The notes under the pieces: model-generated
What the model saw: the letters and a program-made list of their open reading frames with translations, nothing else
Database searches by the model: none
Told to the model about the DNA's origin: nothing
Translations under genes and position numbers: made by a program
Assembly: GCA_044229975.1 (NCBI GenBank)
Contig: JBGARZ010000001.1
Span: 640,001-704,000 of the forward strand
DNA length: 64,000 nucleotides
From: Polyangiales bacterium
GTDB taxonomy: Bacteria; Myxococcota_A; Polyangia; Polyangiales; Ga0077539
Reading direction: 5' to 3'
In this document: in pieces, positions 1-9,317 of the stretch
Layout: every line of letters starts with the position of its first letter
Numbering within the stretch: the first letter of the stretch is position 1

Positions 1-338
1 AGTTCGTAGATGGCCGGGTGCACGAAGGGCTCGCCGCCCGAAAACGACACCACCTCGACGCCCACCGCGACGGCCTCGTCGAGCGCGCGCTTGCAGACCT
101 CCTTCTCCATGAAGAGCGTCTCGGAGGGCCGACGACACATCTGACAGGTGAGGTTGCAGTACTCGCTCAGCGCGATGTCCATGCGCGCGTACGACGTGAA
201 CAGAACATCCTTCCCGCACGCCGGACACGCCTCGCGCTCCAGCGCCTCGCGGCCCGACATCGTGTGCGTCACCTTCGTCCCGCACGAGCACGCGCGGGTC
301 TTGGTGGCGGTGGTCGACGCGCTTGGGGTAGCGCTCAC
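1..338 (-). CDS. Radical SAM protein with N-terminal Cys-rich extension (5' part only; runs off window edge)
   Basis: Not in the ORF track; my translation from GTG at 338: MSATPS...RACSCGTK...REACPACGKD...SEYCNLTCQMCRRP...VSFSGGEPFVHP. Has CxxxCxxC and GGEP. GTGA overlap with the upstream stop. Confidence 0.9.
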   Translation of the reverse strand, partial: MSATPSASTTATKTRACSCGTKVTHTMSGREALEREACPACGKDVLFTSYARMDIALSEYCNLTCQMCRRPSETLFMEKEVCKRALDEAVAVGVEVVSFSGGEPFVHPAIYE

Positions 339-1354
339 AGCGCGGCCTCGGCGAGCTCCGGCGACGCGGCGACGTGCGCGAAGGTCTCGACGTCCGAGCA
401 GGCCGCGAGGCACCCCGGGCAGCGCTCGGTGAGGGCGAGCACCTGCAACTGCTTGTGGTGCCGCGAGTGCCAGATGTCGCGGATGCTGTCGTTGTAGACG
501 TTGCCCAGGCGGTCGTTGTCCTGGCGCATGAAGAAGCAGGGGTAGACGTCGCCCGTGTAGTTCACGAGGAGAAACTTCGACGGCAGGTAGCAGCCGCCCG
601 GTGGAATGGGCCGCTTGCCGTCGATGAGGTAGTCGGGAATCACCCCGAACATCGCCTCGGTGAAGATCTTCACGCCGCGCTCGCGGGCATGCTCGCGCAA
701 GAACTCCAACCGGCGAATGAGCTCAGCGCGCTGCGGGCGCAGGAGCGAGAAGCGGTTGAGGTCCTTCTCGGGGCCAGAGATCTCCATCTGGAACGGCTGG
801 AACGACACCTCGCCCACGCCGAGCTCGGCCGCGAGATCGACGAGCGCCGTGAGGTGCGGCAGCGTCTCGCGCAGGATCACCCCCGACAGCCCCACCCGCA
901 CGCCGCGCGCGATGGCCTTGCGCACGGTGGCGACGCACTTGTCGTAGACGCCTTCGCCGCGCAGGTCGTCCTGCACTTCGCGCGGGCCGTCGATGGAGAC
1001 GTGGAGCTGCACCGACGGGCACTTCACCAGGCGGTCGAAGTGGGCGTCGGTGAGCATCGTCCCGTTGGTGACGATCTCCTGCATCGTGTAGCCGAGCGCG
1101 TGGGCGTACTCGACGATGTCGAGGAAGTCCTTGCGCATGAACGACTCGGCCCCGCACGGAACGAACGTCCGCGCACCAAGGGCGTAGGCGTCGTCGAGGA
1201 GCTTCTTGGCGAGGTCGAGCGGCACGCCGTGCTCGCGGATCTCCCACACGCTGCACATCTTGCACTGGAGGTTGCAGTACACGGTGAGCTCGACGGCGAG
1301 CTGATCGAGGGGGCGGGTGAGAACGCGTGCCGGGAGCAATGGTGCGAAGGACAT
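335..1354 (-). CDS. Radical SAM protein with SPASM/twitch domain
   Basis: CNLQCKMC, TNG, SIDG, then C-terminal GCYLP...GDVYPC...LGN...CPGC. Start placed at ATG 1354 after GGAG. The GGE motif reads CGAE. Confidence 0.9.
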   Translation of the reverse strand: MSFAPLLPARVLTRPLDQLAVELTVYCNLQCKMCSVWEIREHGVPLDLAKKLLDDAYALGARTFVPCGAESFMRKDFLDIVEYAHALGYTMQEIVTNGTMLTDAHFDRLVKCPSVQLHVSIDGPREVQDDLRGEGVYDKCVATVRKAIARGVRVGLSGVILRETLPHLTALVDLAAELGVGEVSFQPFQMEISGPEKDLNRFSLLRPQRAELIRRLEFLREHARERGVKIFTEAMFGVIPDYLIDGKRPIPPGGCYLPSKFLLVNYTGDVYPCFFMRQDNDRLGNVYNDSIRDIWHSRHHKQLQVLALTERCPGCLAACSDVETFAHVAASPELAEAAL

Positions 1355-1355
1355 C

Positions 1356-2306
1356 TCAGTCTCCAACCGCGCTCGCGGTGTTGTCGCTCGTCGAAGCCGC
1401 GCGGGACTCGCGCTCGCGGTCGCGCCGGCACCACGCGAGCACGAACTCGACGTCGTTGGCGTAGCCGTTTTTCACCCACGCGCCGCGCGCTTCGTCGCGC
1501 ACGAACCACCGCACGTCCTGCCGCACGAGGGCGGCGAGGGCGCGGTCGTGGGGGTACTTGTCCATGAAGTAGACCGAGTTGCGCACGTAGCTGTCGTAGG
1601 TGGGCGCGAGCTGCCGCACCTCGCAGCGAAACGGGTCGCGCGGCTTCGGGTCTTCGAGGTGCAACGCGCGGGCGGTGGGCGCCGCGACGACCTCGTAGCC
1701 CCGGGCGTGGAGCTGGTAGCCGTACTCGATGTCCTCCATGCCCCAGCCGACAAACCCCGAGTCGAAGCGCGGGAGCGAGGCCGACAGCGGCACCGAGAAG
1801 TTGCACGAGTACACGAAGAACCAGGGCGTCGCGTGCGCGGTGACGAGCGCCCCGTCGGCGCCGAGCACCTCGGTGCGGTCGTCGGGCTCGGACACCACGA
1901 TCTCGTCCCAGGTCGGCCGCTCGCGGTCGAACGCGAAGGTGCGATGGCGGTACCCGATGGCGACGCGCGGCGTGCTCGATGCGGCGTGGGCGCGGAGGTG
2001 CGAGGACACGAAGTCGGGCGCGACCAGCACGTCGTCGTCGAGGAAGATCACCACGTCGCCGATGGCGCGGGCGAGGCCCATGTTGCGCGCCTGCCCCGCG
2101 CGGAAGCCGCGGTTCTCCTGATGGCAGTACACGAGCGGGAGCGCGTCTGCGAACGAACGGGCCACGGCCGCGGTGTCGTCGGACGATCCGTCGTCGCAGA
2201 CGACCACGCGGGCGAGCGCGTCGCCGGTCTGCCCCGCGAGACAGCGCAACAGGCGCCCCAGGTGCGCCGAGCGGTTGAAGGTCGGGATGACCACCGTCGC
2301 CTTCAT
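1356..2306 (-). CDS. Family 2 glycosyltransferase
   Basis: VVIPTFNR, VCDDGSSD, ARNMG, FLDDD, GWGMEDIEYGY. Alternative start at 2339. Confidence 0.9.
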   Translation of the reverse strand: MKATVVIPTFNRSAHLGRLLRCLAGQTGDALARVVVCDDGSSDDTAAVARSFADALPLVYCHQENRGFRAGQARNMGLARAIGDVVIFLDDDVLVAPDFVSSHLRAHAASSTPRVAIGYRHRTFAFDRERPTWDEIVVSEPDDRTEVLGADGALVTAHATPWFFVYSCNFSVPLSASLPRFDSGFVGWGMEDIEYGYQLHARGYEVVAAPTARALHLEDPKPRDPFRCEVRQLAPTYDSYVRNSVYFMDKYPHDRALAALVRQDVRWFVRDEARGAWVKNGYANDVEFVLAWCRRDRERESRAASTSDNTASAVGD

Positions 2307-2417
2307 CCCACCGCCTCCGCTCGCCTGACCGTCTTCCATTGGGGTTCGTAGGTGCCGGTGGCCCACCGTCGCCAGCAGCGGCGGCGTTTGTATCACAACC
2401 CCGGTGGTCGTTCGCGG

Positions 2418-4586
2418 CTACGGTCTGACCAGCACCACCGTCGCCCCACTGCCTGCGACGGCCGCCTCCGCGACCGCGAGGTTGCCTTCCCCCACGACGG
2501 CCACCTCGTCGACGCGAACGTCCTCCATGGCGAGCCGCTTGAGGGTCTCGGCCAGCGCCGTCACCGTCTCATCGGCGACGATCACCCGCGCCGTGCGACG
2601 AACGCCCGCCTCCTTCAGCGCCGCGAAGCCCCGCTCGAAGCGCGCAAACGCCTCGGGCCGACGGGTGGCCCGCGCGAAGGTCTCGTGGTCGAAGCCGTAG
2701 ACCTCCACCGTGACCTGATCGAGCCCTGCCTCGCGCGCGGCCTGCGCCAGCGCTCCGTCGCCAAACGGAACGGCCGTCGTCTGCACCGTCGCCCACCGCA
2801 CGCCCGCGCGCCGCGCCTCGCGCAGCAGCGTGAGGAAGCCGGGGTGCTCCGCGGGTTCGCCACCGAGGATGTAGATCTGCGTCGCGCCCACCTTGCGGAC
2901 GTATTCGAGGCGGTCGAGCACCTCGCGCGTCGACATGCCCCCGGGCTGCACCCGGTGCAGCGCGCGGTGAAACGGGACGTCGAGTGACGAAGCGCCACCC
3001 ACCTCGACGCCCACGCACGAGGGTCGCCCGCAGGTCTCGTCGACGTCCGAGAGCGACTGCGCATGGAAGCGCTCGATGACCGGGTCGCCTGGGTGGAGCG
3101 ACCGCAAGCGATCGAGGTTGGTGAGGTATCCCGCGAAGCGCTCGCGCGTCGGTGACGGGTGGCGGAAGGGGTTGCGGGGCGGTCCTTCGGTGGGGTCGAC
3201 GAGGTGGTAGCCGACGGCGAAGCGACCGAAGACCCAGGTGGCGCCGGCGCGGTGCAGTCGATACCCGAGGTCGATGTCTTCGAGGCCCCAGCCCGTGAAG
3301 TCCTGCGCGAACCCGCCGATCTCCGTGAGCAGCGCGCGAGGCAGCGACAGGTTGCCCGTGTACGCGAGGCGCCACGGCTCGGCGAGCCAGTCGATGTTGT
3401 CGAGGCATCCACGCAGCGTGGGCTCGCGCGAGCGATCGGGAATCACCGCCAGCGCTCCGTCGGGGTCGTCGACACCGCGCAGGTCGTCGAGCGTGTGGAC
3501 GAAGCCCGCGTCGTGGAGGTTGTAGCCGGAGAGGTAGCCCAGCACGACGGCGCGCGGCGCGCGGCGATGAACCCAGTCGAGGGCCCATAGGTAGTCGCGG
3601 CCCACCACCACGTCGGCATCGAGGAAGGCCAGCGTGTCGAAGCGTGCTTCCGCCGCGCCTCGCTGCCGCGCGCGCCCCGCGCCGAAGACCCCGCGCTCGC
3701 CCGCATCGGAGACGAGCCGCACGTTGGCGGGTGCGCCCGCGAGCGCCACGGAGAGATCATCGCGCGATCCGTCGTCGACGACGAGCACCTCGAAGCGGTC
3801 GTCGGGGTAGCTCTGCGCGCCCAGACGTCGCACCACTTCGGCGAGAATCTCCACGCGATCACACGCCGGGATCACCACCGAGATGGCCACCGGTGGACCA
3901 TCGAGCGGACGCACCAGGCCGAGCGCCTCCTGCCCATCGAGTCTCGGGATGGCCAGCGCGTCGCCGTCCCAGCGCAGCGTGTCGGAGACGGTGAAGGCAG
4001 CTCGATAGCCAGCGCGTCGCACGGCCTCGCGTGCGGCGGGGGGTGCCTCGCCGTAGGGGTACGCGAAGAGGGCGACGTCGACGCCGAGCTCGCGCTGCAT
4101 CACCTCGCGGGAGCGGGCGCACTCCTCGTCGAGGCGGGCGGCGTACGCGGCGGCGTCTTCGTCGTAGAGGCGCCAGCTCATGCGGGGGTGCGTGACGGTG
4201 TGGGAGCCGAGGGTCCAACCGAGATCGCGCAGGGCGCGGAGCTCGTCCCAGGAGAGAAACTCATCGCTGGTCCCGACGCTCCCGGTCGGCACGAAGAGTG
4301 TCGCGGGGACGTCGAGCGAGCGCAGCAAGGGCGCGGCGTGGGTGAGCACCGAGCGCTGGGCGTCGTCGAAGGCGAGGGCGTAGCGGTCGGCGGAGAGCGG
4401 CGCTCGGAGGTACTCGTCGAGCGCGGCGGGACGGCGGCCCTCGACGGCGAAGCGCTCCACGGCGGCGCGGAGCTGCGCGGGCGTCACCGCGAGGCGACGG
4501 CCGGACGAGGCGGGTTCGACGTAGTGGAGACAGAGGTTGAGCGCGGTGTTCATGGCGACTGCGGAGGGGGCGGACGATGCCGCCAT
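2418..4586 (-). CDS. Fusion: NodB-type polysaccharide deacetylase + GT2 glycosyltransferase + degenerate radical-SAM barrel
   Basis: Deacetylase: AFDDA, GSHTVTH, FAYPYG. GT2: SVVIPA, VVDDGS, FLDAD, GWGLEDIDLGY. C-terminal ILGGEP...QTT...VTVEVYG has no CxxxCxxC. TGATG overlap with the RCC1 gene. Confidence 0.85.
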   Translation of the reverse strand: MAASSAPSAVAMNTALNLCLHYVEPASSGRRLAVTPAQLRAAVERFAVEGRRPAALDEYLRAPLSADRYALAFDDAQRSVLTHAAPLLRSLDVPATLFVPTGSVGTSDEFLSWDELRALRDLGWTLGSHTVTHPRMSWRLYDEDAAAYAARLDEECARSREVMQRELGVDVALFAYPYGEAPPAAREAVRRAGYRAAFTVSDTLRWDGDALAIPRLDGQEALGLVRPLDGPPVAISVVIPACDRVEILAEVVRRLGAQSYPDDRFEVLVVDDGSRDDLSVALAGAPANVRLVSDAGERGVFGAGRARQRGAAEARFDTLAFLDADVVVGRDYLWALDWVHRRAPRAVVLGYLSGYNLHDAGFVHTLDDLRGVDDPDGALAVIPDRSREPTLRGCLDNIDWLAEPWRLAYTGNLSLPRALLTEIGGFAQDFTGWGLEDIDLGYRLHRAGATWVFGRFAVGYHLVDPTEGPPRNPFRHPSPTRERFAGYLTNLDRLRSLHPGDPVIERFHAQSLSDVDETCGRPSCVGVEVGGASSLDVPFHRALHRVQPGGMSTREVLDRLEYVRKVGATQIYILGGEPAEHPGFLTLLREARRAGVRWATVQTTAVPFGDGALAQAAREAGLDQVTVEVYGFDHETFARATRRPEAFARFERGFAALKEAGVRRTARVIVADETVTALAETLKRLAMEDVRVDEVAVVGEGNLAVAEAAVAGSGATVVLVRP

Positions 4587-5743
4587 CACCACGCCGGTGT
4601 CACGGGGGAGTGAGACCTCCCGCCCAGGGTGCCGTTGCCGAGCGCGCCGTACACGTTGCTTCCCCAGCACCGGACCGAGCGATCGCGCAGCAACGCGCAG
4701 GCGAAGCCCTCCGCCGCGACCAGCGTGTCCACGTCGGCACCGAGCTCCACCAGCGTCTCGCGGGGGATCACCTGCTCGTCGACGTCGCCCAGCTGGAGCT
4801 GCCGGGTATCGTTGCGCCCCGCCGCAACCCAACGCCCATCGCGGCCGTGCGCGAAGGTGGAGCCGCCGCCCGCGAACACCTGCGTGACGTCGCGTGCGAA
4901 GTCCGAGCGCGTCGCTCGGAAGGCGTCCGCCACGTTGCCCACCATGAGCTGACCGTACTCGTTGGCCCCCCAGCACCAGAGCACCGACGCGCCGTCGACC
5001 GCGCACGCGTGCTCGCTGCCGCTGGACAACCCGACCGCCCCGGCGAGCCCGTCGACCTCGTTGATGCCGCGGTCGTCGACCGCCGTCACCAGGCCGCGCT
5101 GCCCGCGCTCGTTGCGACCGAAGCACGACACCCGACCGTCTTCCCGCAGCGCGCAGAACCCGTCACGCAGCGCGCCGACATCGCGCACTCGCGGCAGCCC
5201 CGGGAAGGGCTCCGTCGCTGCACCATGGCCCTCCCAGCAGACGACCGCGCCCGTCTCGCGGAGCGCGCACGCCTGGCCCGCACCCACGGCGATCTGCCGT
5301 GCGTCGACGAGACCCGCAACCGTGGTCGGTCCACCGGGAGTGACCTTTCCCGCCGAGGCGTCGGCGAGCCCCCAGCACTGCACGACACCGTCGGCGCGGC
5401 GACCGCAGGTGCGGCCCCAGCCCGCCGTCACCGCGACCGCCGTGACGCCCTCCACCCGCCGCGGTCGGGCGATGGCACTGTCGACGAGGTCGGGCGCCGA
5501 CTCGCCGCGGAGGTTGGACCCCCAGCACCAGACCGCGTGGGCCTCGTCGACGGCGCACACGTGCCTGCCCGACGCCGAGAGTTGCACGATGCGCGGCGCA
5601 CACCCGCATTCCGCCGCGTCGGCGCGCGCGGCGGGGGCGTCGACGGAGGCGTCACCCGCGAGCACCGGGAGCTGCGCGCACGCCGCGACAGTCGCCGCCC
5701 AACCGACGACGGCGAGGCGGAGCGGGCTCGGCCGACGCGACAT
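4586..5743 (-). CDS. RCC1/BLIP-II repeat lipoprotein
   Basis: Lipobox VAAC; repeated H/T-C-A...V-x-CWGxN-xxGQL units. Confidence 0.88.
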   Translation of the reverse strand: MSRRPSPLRLAVVGWAATVAACAQLPVLAGDASVDAPAARADAAECGCAPRIVQLSASGRHVCAVDEAHAVWCWGSNLRGESAPDLVDSAIARPRRVEGVTAVAVTAGWGRTCGRRADGVVQCWGLADASAGKVTPGGPTTVAGLVDARQIAVGAGQACALRETGAVVCWEGHGAATEPFPGLPRVRDVGALRDGFCALREDGRVSCFGRNERGQRGLVTAVDDRGINEVDGLAGAVGLSSGSEHACAVDGASVLWCWGANEYGQLMVGNVADAFRATRSDFARDVTQVFAGGGSTFAHGRDGRWVAAGRNDTRQLQLGDVDEQVIPRETLVELGADVDTLVAAEGFACALLRDRSVRCWGSNVYGALGNGTLGGRSHSPVTPAW

Positions 5744-5795
5744 CGCAGGGATGCTACACGCCGGGGCGCGGCGTCGTGATTCGGGCGTGATAGGT

Positions 5796-6350
5796 ATGCC
5801 GATCATGTCGGCGGCGCGGCTCACGGCTCGGTCTCGGGGTTGGCTTTCGGTGCTGCTGGTGGCGGTCGGGTGCTCGACGGTTCCGACCCTCAGCACGCAG
5901 CGCGCCGACGCGGGCGGGACCGACACGAGCGTGCCAGACGTCGTCACCAAGGACGTCGCGGTCGAGGACACGCCGACACCGACCGTCGACGCACCAGACC
6001 CCTATGGACAGTGCGGGGAGATGGCCTATCAGGCGCTCTGCGCGTGCACGACGATCGCCGACGTGGCGGAGCTCGGGCGCTGCCAGCAGCGGGTGTTCGC
6101 GCGGTTTCCGGAGTGCTCGCGGTGCCTCAGCGTGACCATCTCGCGCGGATGCTGCGAGGAGACCTACGAGGCCACGCAGGCCTGCGCGACGACCCACGCG
6201 TGCGGCGATCAGCCGTGCATCGATGCTCACTGCGGCGAGGAGTCGGCGGCGTTCATCCGGTGCCAGATGACGGCGCAGGCGCTGCCGTCGTGCCAGGCGG
6301 CGCTGCGGGTGTGCATCGCGGACTTCCCACGATTGATGATGTGCCCGTGA
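5796..6350 (+). CDS. Cys-rich lipoprotein (hypothetical)
   Basis: LLVAVGC lipobox, acidic low-complexity linker, 16 Cys in the last ~115 aa. Confidence 0.7.
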   Translation: MPIMSAARLTARSRGWLSVLLVAVGCSTVPTLSTQRADAGGTDTSVPDVVTKDVAVEDTPTPTVDAPDPYGQCGEMAYQALCACTTIADVAELGRCQQRVFARFPECSRCLSVTISRGCCEETYEATQACATTHACGDQPCIDAHCGEESAAFIRCQMTAQALPSCQAALRVCIADFPRLMMCP

Positions 6351-6544
6351 GCGTGGCGCCCACGCCACGACCGACGCGCCGGCGCACCGACGCGCCGACG
6401 TTGATTCCACCGCACACTGCGCGCCCGCGACGGTGGCACGGCCCCTGATGGAGCCGCTCCCATCACAAGCCTGCGAGGACCCCATGAAGCACCCCCCGCC
6501 CTCCCCCATCACCACGCCTCGTCACGCTGCGGGAGTCGCGCGCC

Positions 6545-8563
6545 ATGGATGACGCCGGCACGCTCCCTCCCGGCACCGTGCTCGGCGGCGAGTACGAGAT
6601 CGTGCGCGAGCTGGCGCGCGGCGGCATGGGCGCCCTCTTCGTCGCCCGGCACCGCGGCTCGGACAAGCTCCGCGCCGTCAAGACGATGCATCGGAAGTAC
6701 GTCCCCGATGACATGATGCGCGCCCGCTTCGCCCGCGAGGCGAGGGTGAGCGCGCAGATCGAGAGCGACCACGTCGTCGAGGTGTTCGGCGCCGGCGTCG
6801 ACGACGCAACGGGCGTCCCGTGGATGGCCATGGAACTCCTCGACGGCGAAGACCTCTCGCACCTCATCGATCGCCGCGGCGCGATGGGGGCCGACGAGAC
6901 GGCGACGGTCATGGCGCAGCTCGGTCACTGCCTCGGCGCCGCCCATCGGGTGGGCATCGTTCACCGCGACCTGAAGGCCGCCAACGTCTTCCTCGCGGCG
7001 TCCCGTCGGCAGGGCGCGCCCTTCGTCGCGAAGGTGCTCGACTTCGGCATCGCGAAATTCCTCCACGTCGCCACCACGAGCGCGACGACCAGCGCCATCG
7101 GCTCGCCCTTGTGGATGGCGCCCGAGCAGACCAACCCCGAGTCGCCCATCTCGCCCGCGACGGACGTGTGGTCCATGGGGTTGCTGGCGTTCTTCCTGCT
7201 CACGGGGAAGTGCTTCTGGCTCACGCCCACGCACCCCAACGCGAGCATCGCCGCGCTGCTCGGCGAGCTGCTGATGTTGCCCATCCCCTCGGCGTCGTCG
7301 CGGGCCATCGCGCTTGGTGCGACGGGGCGCATCCCGCCGGGCTTCGACGAGTGGTTCGCCCGGTGTCTCTCGCGAGATCCCGCGCAGCGCTTCGCCGACG
7401 CCAACGCCGCCATCCCCCCGCTGCTCGCGGTGCTCCAGGCCGCCGCGCCCGTCGTCGGCGCCGCGGCCCCGGTGCCGGTCGCGCAGGCCGCGCACTCGGC
7501 GAAGGCGATGCTGAGCGCCACGCAGATGCTCCCGCAGACGCCGGCTCCGCCGACCAGCCCCAACCTCCGCGTCAACGCGCCCGCGACGGTGGCGATGCCC
7601 GTCTCCGCGCTGCCGGGTCACACCACCGGATCGCTCGGGATGCCCTCGTCCCCCGCGCCGCGAGCGATGACCGCGCAGCCGATGACGTTCACGCAAGGGG
7701 TGCCGCGCCCCGAGGCGCCGTCGCGCAGTCCGCGGTCGAGCGCCGCCATCGTCGGCGGCGTGGCCGTCGTGACCATCGCCCTCGCCGCGGTGGGCGTCTG
7801 GGCCTTCCAGAAGCGGAGCGACGATCATCGCAGCGCACCAACGGTCGCCGCCCCGACGCTCGCGCGTCCGGCGCCGGTCGGTCCGCTGCTCGCTGCCGCG
7901 CCGAAGCCTGCGCCGCTGCTGCCTGCTGCACCGATCGCGGCACCCACTGCGACACCGATGATGGCGCCCGGCACGGAGACCGAACCGCGCCGCAGCCTCC
8001 GCGCCAACGAACGCCCGCCGATGCCCGGAGCGCCCACCTACGCCGACGTGCCGGTGTTCCAGATACCGACCACCGGCCCGACGCCAGCGCCGATGCCGAC
8101 GCCCGCGCCAGCCCCTGCGCCGATGCCGACCCCTGCGCCTACGCCAGTCGTCGCGCCGACTCCCGCTCCCGCTCCCGCTCCCGCTCCCGCTCCCGCTCCC
8201 GCTCCCGCTCCCGCTCCCGCTCCCGCTCCCGCGCCGACGCCTGAGCCGACGCCTGCTCCCACACCGACGCCTGCTCCCGCGCCGACGCCCGCTCCTGCTC
8301 CCGCGCCGACGCCGACGCCGACGCCGACGCCCGCGCCCCCACCGGCAGAACCTCCCGCCGACGAGCGCGACGAGCACGGGCGCATCGTGACCTCATCGAC
8401 CTCGCTCCACGGCGGGCAGCGCATCCGCATCCGCTGGGGTGGAGGCTGGTACCCAGGGCGGGTCGTTCACCTCAACGACAACGGAACCGTCTACGTGCAC
8501 TACGACGGATGGAGCGACGGCCAGGACGCCAACGTCTCGCGCTCGGAGTTGCGCCTCCCCTGA
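6545..8563 (+). CDS. Membrane Ser/Thr protein kinase with Pro/Ala stalk and C-terminal Tudor/Agenet-like domain
   Basis: [25 protein letters not shown]; one TM helix; (PA)n linker; C-terminus [10 protein letters not shown]...YVHYDGW. Confidence 0.9.
   Translation: MDDAGTLPPGTVLGGEYEIVRELARGGMGALFVARHRGSDKLRAVKTMHRKYVPDDMMRARFAREARVSAQIESDHVVEVFGAGVDDATGVPWMAMELLDGEDLSHLIDRRGAMGADETATVMAQLGHCLGAAHRVGIVHRDLKAANVFLAASRRQGAPFVAKVLDFGIAKFLHVATTSATTSAIGSPLWMAPEQTNPESPISPATDVWSMGLLAFFLLTGKCFWLTPTHPNASIAALLGELLMLPIPSASSRAIALGATGRIPPGFDEWFARCLSRDPAQRFADANAAIPPLLAVLQAAAPVVGAAAPVPVAQAAHSAKAMLSATQMLPQTPAPPTSPNLRVNAPATVAMPVSALPGHTTGSLGMPSSPAPRAMTAQPMTFTQGVPRPEAPSRSPRSSAAIVGGVAVVTIALAAVGVWAFQKRSDDHRSAPTVAAPTLARPAPVGPLLAAAPKPAPLLPAAPIAAPTATPMMAPGTETEPRRSLRANERPPMPGAPTYADVPVFQIPTTGPTPAPMPTPAPAPAPMPTPAPTPVVAPTPAPAPAPAPAPAPAPAPAPAPAPAPTPEPTPAPTPTPAPAPTPAPAPAPTPTPTPTPAPPPAEPPADERDEHGRIVTSSTSLHGGQRIRIRWGGGWYPGRVVHLNDNGTVYVHYDGWSDGQDANVSRSELRLP
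8165..8230 (+). repeat. (GCTCCC)x11 perfect coding microsatellite (Ala-Pro repeat)
   Basis: Directly visible; flanked by degenerate PTPAPA repeats. Confidence 0.95.
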
Positions 8564-9207
8564 TGCTCCACCTCGACCTCCTCACACCACCACTCCCGCT
8601 GCTCGTCCCCGCCGAGACCTTCGATGGCTTCGGCTGGGCCGCGAGCACCTCCCTCATGTGGCGCTGCCCCGTCGACGCACCCGCGCTCAACGCCTTCGCC
8701 GATCAGCTCCCCCTCGGCATGGCCTTCGTCCTGCGCGCCCCGTGGGGTCTTATCCCCACCGAGCTCGCGTGGCTGCACGTCGGCCGCGCGCGCGCCGCGA
8801 CGCTCGGCCTCACCGACCACCTCGCCCTCGCGCCCTACGCCATCGACGACGCGACCGATCTCCTCTTCGCGGAGAGGCGCCCTCCCGCGGAGACGTTCTG
8901 GCTCGCGGCCGACAACACCAACGCCCTCTACTGGGCGCTCCACGACTGGTCGCACTTCCACAACCACGGCGAGTTCACCGACCGCCCGTCCACCGAGCTC
9001 CAGTGCGACGCCGCGGCCCTCGTGTGGCTCTGGATCAACCGCCAGCGCGTCGGCCTGCCCGACACGCTCTGGGACGACTACCGACGCGACGCGCTGGCCA
9101 ACCACCTCGTGCTGCGAGAGACGCTGCCCGACACGCGCTGCCCGGCGCCGCGGGTGCTCGCCGATGCGGGCGAGCTGCGACGACTCGCCGAGCGGCTCAT
9201 CGGGTAG
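8563..9207 (+). CDS. Hypothetical protein, possibly zinc-metallopeptidase-like (HDxxH...E)
   Basis: TGATG coupling to the kinase; ALHDWSHFHNH...TELQCDAAA. Confidence 0.6.
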   Translation: MLHLDLLTPPLPLLVPAETFDGFGWAASTSLMWRCPVDAPALNAFADQLPLGMAFVLRAPWGLIPTELAWLHVGRARAATLGLTDHLALAPYAIDDATDLLFAERRPPAETFWLAADNTNALYWALHDWSHFHNHGEFTDRPSTELQCDAAALVWLWINRQRVGLPDTLWDDYRRDALANHLVLRETLPDTRCPAPRVLADAGELRRLAERLIG

Positions 9208-9317
9208 ACGCGCCCCTCCGCTTCGCTCCGGGTGAGCGGTGCGCGGGGAGGGGCTGAGCGATGGATTGAAGAGGAGACGGAGGAGGAAGGGAGGGGGCGG
9301 TCAGCGCGGGCGACGGC

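Noticed and set aside
4587..5126. N-terminal extensions in the ORF track (also 4962-5795, 28835-29317, 33622-33924, 36819-37148, 59000-59500)
   Set aside because: They overlap neighbouring genes or promoters; better starts are supported by stop/start coupling, RBS, -10 boxes or signal peptides.
5796..6350. Cys-rich gene as the RiPP precursor for the rSAM-SPASM enzymes
   Set aside because: It is a divergent 184-aa lipoprotein with an even Cys count typical of disulfide-rich exported proteins; no RRE domain was recognised in the rSAMs.
8165..8230. ON/OFF phase-variation tract
   Set aside because: The 6-bp unit keeps the frame; slippage would change only linker length.
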